From Rebecca billardiae RCC1528 (taxonomy: Eukaryota; Protista; Haptophyta): DNA of 64,000 nucleotides. The position numbers and the translations under genes were made by a program. The notes beneath the pieces were generated by a model, which ran no database searches, was not told where the DNA came from, and saw only the letters and a list, made by a program, of their open reading frames with translations. Positions 59,701-64,000 of the stretch are shown here, in pieces (positions within the stretch are counted from its first letter, which is position 1; each line of letters starts with the position of its first letter). The stretch spans positions 1 through 64,000 of the forward strand of contig OZ251254.1 of assembly GCA_965240325.2 (NCBI GenBank), written 5' to 3'.

Positions 59701-62700
59701 CACGCGCGGACGAGGGCGCGGCGACCCTCGAGCGAGACGCGCGCGCTCGCGCCCCGGCCCTCGGGCCGCCGGCCGGCGGCGCGCTTCGGCGCTCGCCGGC
59801 GGCGGCAGCGACTGACGGCTTCATGGCAGCGCGCGGCTCACCTGGGTGCGGGTCTCCGGAGAAGTGGCCGTCGACGTGCACGCAGTAGGCGAACGCGGCG
59901 GAGATGGAGGTGACCAGCGCGGCGCGGTCCACGCGCGCCTCCGCCAGCTTCGCCTCGTCCGTCACCTGCGCGCACGTCACACACAAGAAAATAAACCCAA
60001 AAAATGAAGAAGAAAGAAAGAAAGAAAGAAAGAAATCACGCGCGGCGTGGGCGCGGCGGCGCGGCGCGCACCTTGAAGCCCGGCGCGTACTCCATGCACA
60101 GCACGCGCGCCGTGCTCAGCTCGGGCAGCACGGCCGGCACCGTCACCGCAAGTCCGGAGCCGGCGAGCGCGGCGCGCGCTCGCTCCTGATTGGCCGCCTC
60201 GGTCCGGAAGTCGAGCTCGTGCCTGGCGCCCGGACCGCCGGACCGGGAGCGGAGGGGAGGGTGGCGGCGCGTGAGGCGGCGCGCGACGGGCCTGCGGCCG
60301 ACGCGCGCGACCCCGCGCGCGACCCCGCCAGACGGGCGCGCAGCCATCAAACAGAAAGCAGCCTGCGCAGAATAAGAAAAGAAAAGAAAAGATCGCGCGC
60401 CTGCCGATGACCAAGAAGAAAGAATAAACGGCGGGCGGAGGAAAGGAAAAGAAAAAGGCGCGCACCTCACGGCGGCCACAAACTCGCGGATGATCGAGCG
60501 CAGGTCGTGCTCCGTCAGCATGGCGGTCGCCCACGTGATCAGCGTCACGGCGGTGAGGTCGGCGCGCAGCACGGGCGCGATGCCGCGGTGCTGCACCTTG
60601 AGCACCACCGACACGCTCTCGTACCCGCCCGCCGCCGCCGCCGCCTCGCCGCCGCCAGCCGCGCCGCCGCCGCCGCCCGTGCCGGCGGCGGCCGCGGCTG
60701 CGACAGGCCGAAGCACGGTCGCGCGATGCACCTGTGCGATGGAGGCGGTGGCCAGCGCCTCGGGGTGGACGCGCACGATGCGCGCGCCACCGGCCGCACC
60801 CCCGTACTCGCGCCCACCCACGCCCGCGCCCTCCGCGCCGCCCTCGCCCCGCCGCCCCCCCGCGGCGGCGCGCGCGCCCAATTCGTCCGCCAGCGCCGCG
60901 GCAACGTCAGCAAAGGGGGACGGTGGCACGCGGTCCTGCGAGACGCCGCCGGGCGCGCGGCGCGAGGCGTGGGGCGTGGCGCGCTCAGCGGCCGGCACGA
61001 CGCGGCGGCGCGCGCGCGGCGCGCGGCGGCGGCGAGCGCGCGCATGCGGCGGCGGCGGGCGGGCGCGCATGCGGCGCGCGCGGCGGCGGCGGGCGCGGCG
61101 GGCGGCGGGCGCGGCGGGCGGCGCGCGCGGCGGCGGCGCTTGCGGCGGGCGGCGCTTGCCTGCAGCTTGGAGAGCTCGCGGACGAAGGGCTCGGGCGTCA
61201 CGTCCGCGCGCGACGCGATGAACTGCCCCGTCTTGATCCAGATCCCGCGAAGCGACACGATCGACCGATGGATGAACGGCGCCGTAACGGCATAGGCGGC
61301 GTCCCATAGGAGATCCGACGGTTTCAAAAGTAACGTCTTAGTGAGGCGCGAAACGGCATAGAGGAGAAGGCCGACGTGCAGCGAGGTGACGAGCACGAAG
61401 AGCTGCGCGCGTGCACGCGGGCGGGGCGCCGGGCGCGCGTCAGCGCAGCCCGGCCGGCGCGCGCGCCGCGGCGGCCGCGCGCGCCGCCGCGCGCCGCCGC
61501 CGGCCGCGGCCGCGGCCGCGCGCGGGCCGGCGGCGCGCGCGCGCGCGGGCTTTTTGTGTTTTTGTGTTTTTTGTTTTTTGGGGTTTTTTGGGGCGGCGGC
61601 GCACCTGGCGGTGGAGCAGGCGGAGCGTCGCGGCGACGCCCACGCCGCCGATCGCGCTGCTCGCCTGCGCGGACCCGCGCGCCTCCGCCGTCGTCGCGCT
61701 GAGCGCGACCGCGCGCGCGCGGCGCAGCAGCAGCAGCGCGGCGCCGCCGTGCGCGGCGCGCGCGAGCGCGCGCGCGCTCGGCGCGGCCGCGGCGAGGGCG
61801 GGTGCGCAGGAGGCGGCGGGCGCGGCGAGGGCGGCCTCGAGCGCGAGGCGTGCGGGCCACACCGCTAGCGCCACGGCGCACAGCTCCAGCCCCCACACCC
61901 ACGCGTCGCGGCACGCTCCGAGCGCCGTCGCCGCGCCGCGCGCCGCCGCGGCGCCGTCCGCCGCCGCCGCCGCCGCCGCAGCCTCCAGCGCGTCCACGCG
62001 CGCGGCGAGCGCGCGCAGCGCGGCGGTGGACTCGGCGGCGGCGGCGCGCTGCGCGGCGCTCGCGCCGTGCGACGGCGTCGCCGAGACCGCCGACAGGTTC
62101 GTGTCGCGCCGCGCCGCGAGCGGCGGCGCCGCCGACGCCGCCGACGCCGCCGCGGACGCGGCCGCGCCGCCGCCGCCGCCGCCGCCCGCGGCGCGCGGCA
62201 GCGGCGCCGGCGGCGGCGCGGCGGGCGCAGGCAGCGCGCGCGCGGGCGGCGAGGCGCGCGCGAACGCCGCCGCCTGCTGCGCCTGCGCGCTGAGGCTCGC
62301 CGCGGCGATCGCCGCCGCGGGCTGCGCCACGCCCGCGAACGCCAAAATCAACCCCGCCGTCTGCGGATCGGGGTAAAATCTGAGTAGCAGCAGCGCGCGC
62401 AAATAGACCTCGAGCGCCGCGCGCCGCCGCTCAAGAGCTTGCAGCGCGGCGCGCGGGCGCGGCGGCGCGGCGGCGGCGGCGGCGGCGCGGCGCTCGTGCG
62501 GCTCGGCGGCGCCGCCCAGCGCCGCGCTCAGCCGCGAGAGCGGCAGCGCCGCCGCGGCCGCGCCGCTCGCGCGCGCCGCTGCCCCGAGCGCGACGGAGCG
62601 CGGCGGAAACGGCGGCAGAGGCGGCGGCGCGCCGCCGCCGCGCGCCGCGCCGCCGCCGCCGCCCGCGGCGGCGGCGAGCGCGGGCGCGACGAGGTCGTGG

Positions 62701-63057
62701 AGCTTGCGGAACTGGGAGTACCGCCGGCCGACGGACGAGGCGTGCGCCGCCTCGGCCGCGGCGGCCGCAGCCGCCGCAGCCGCCGCCGCAGCGTCGCCGC
62801 CGCCGCCGCCCGCGCCGCCGCCGCCTCGGCCGCCGCGCCGCCGCGGCGTCGCGGCCGCGTCGGAATGCACCGGTGTGGTTGTGAGGGCGATGGTGTACAC
62901 GGCGAAGGGCGGGCCGGGCGTGTGGATGCCGACGGTGACCGACGTCGTCACGCCCGCGCCCACCAGCGGGTTCGGCACGCCGTAACCGCCGCCGTAACCG
63001 CCGCCGTAACCGCCGCCGTAACCGCCGCCGTGGCCGGCGGCGCCGCCGCCGCCGGGA

Positions 63058-63094
<37 letters not shown>

Positions 63095-63581
63095 TCACCG
63101 GCGGCGACGCGGCGGTGGGCGGCACGGGGGGCGCGGGTGCGGCCGCGCCGTCTCCACCGCCGCGCAGCGCCGCGCCCGCCTCCGCGCCGAGCACGCCGCC
63201 GAGCGCGCGCTGCAGCTGAGGCGCAAGCGCCTGCAGCCGACGAACATCGCCGCGCGCGCGCAGCGCGCCGCGCACAAACGCGGCCTGCGGCTTGAGCTCG
63301 CCGGCGAGGATGCGCTGCGCGACGGCGATGTCCGCGCACGCCAGCGTCACGTCGGGCACCACCGCCGCCGCACCCGCGCCACCACCGCCGCCAGCCGCGT
63401 CGCCTCCGGCCGGCGGCGCGCGCGCCGCGCGCGCCGTGCTTCCGTCGAGAATTCCCAGCCAGCGCTGGCCGGCGATGTCGATGGCGACGGCGCAGGGCTG
63501 GTCGGTGGGGCAGGGCCGGCCGTCGATGGCGGCGGCGATCAGGTCGCACGCCGCCGCGACCGCGTCCGTCGCCGCGCTCAT
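56726..63581 (-). CDS. SCP2 + PX + ABC1/UbiB atypical kinase + beta-lactamase-fold fusion (~1956 aa); exons 63581-61605, 61402-61160, 60935-60466, 60222-60072, 59965-59842, 59631-56726
   Basis: SCP2: PDVTL..ILAGELKPQAAFVRGALRARGD. PX: VYTI..RRYSQFRKLH..LPPFPP..ERRRAALEVYL. ABC1: WIKTGQ, LQ/DRVPP, ATASIAQVH, LKVQH, ELDF..EA, DPHPGN, LDWG. Lactamase fold: GVQVAV, LDAPVCAYWPEF, ITVRDVLRH. All junction phases are compatible. Confidence 0.82.
56997..57027 (+). repeat. Interstitial telomeric repeat inside a coding exon
   Basis: GGGTGAGGGTTAGGGTTAGGGTTAGGGTTAG, read on the minus strand as (A)NPNPNPNPHP. Confidence 0.85.
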
Positions 63582-63817
63582 GCCGGCTGGGCGCGACGGG
63601 GGCCGCGCGGCGGGCGGCCGCGGGAAGCAGAGATGCGCGCGCGAGTGCGCTCCTGCGCACGCGCCGGCGTGGCCGCCGCCGGCTGGCAGAGCCTTCTCGG
63701 CGACTCGCGAGAGTGGAGGCCGGCACAATATCCCACGAGGAAAAGGCCGAAAAGCCCGCGACGAATAAAAAGCCCGAGCCGCAGCGAAAAGCGGAAAAGG
63801 GCGCGCGAACGCCCGCC

Positions 63818-64000
63818 ATGGCTGCGTCCTCGGCGCGAGCGCTCGCGCGGCTGCTCGGGCGCGCGCGGGGCCTCGCGGGCGCGGCGGGCGCGGCGGCGGG
63901 CGTCGCGGCGTGCGGCGTGGCCTTCGCGCCCCTCGCCCACGCCGAGCCGCACCCGCCCGCCGCCGCGCCGCCGCCCAAGCCCGCGCCCGACCGGCGGCCG
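63818..64000 (+). CDS. 5' end of a gene running off the window; mitochondrial-presequence-like N-terminus
   Basis: GCCATGG context; MAASSARALARLLGRARGLAG..AHAE; divergent from the fusion gene. Confidence 0.55.
   Translation, partial: MAASSARALARLLGRARGLAGAAGAAAGVAACGVAFAPLAHAEPHPPAAAPPPKPAPDRRP

Overview
This window is the left end of a very GC-rich eukaryotic chromosome. TTAGGG telomeres, GC-rich short GT-AG introns and the gene content suggest a flagellated alga, possibly a Pavlovales haptophyte (inference only). About 1.27 kb of (CCCTAA)n is followed by a 20-bp satellite, an inverted telomere-derived 18-bp array, a small TIR element and a 5'-truncated C2H2 zinc-finger gene. Next come about 5 kb of duplicated subtelomeric sequence and then dense housekeeping genes: LRRC23, FKBP, calcineurin B, TrmO, an LsmAD protein, a giant coiled-coil protein, RPL36, VPS2/CHMP2A, a CCR4/EEP nuclease, an Apple-domain protein, a TLC protein, RAB2 and UXT. 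AT-richer islands of transposon debris interrupt these genes and include a DIRS-type tyrosine recombinase with a repeat array, a Harbinger-like element, MITE/foldback elements and a one-ended ~46-bp repeat. The most notable signals are: (1) two inverted paralogues of a secreted 7-bladed RCC1/BLIP-II propeller on a Ser-Pro stalk, whose differences cluster in the ligand-face loops; (2) a six-exon SCP2-PX-ABC1 kinase-(pseudo)beta-lactamase fusion gene; (3) an apparent bicistron, with a 77-aa ORF ending 10 nt before UXT; and (4) telomeric repeats embedded in an exon and at an intron branch point. Most long ORFs in the supplied track are GC-driven shadow frames. All exon coordinates were read by eye.
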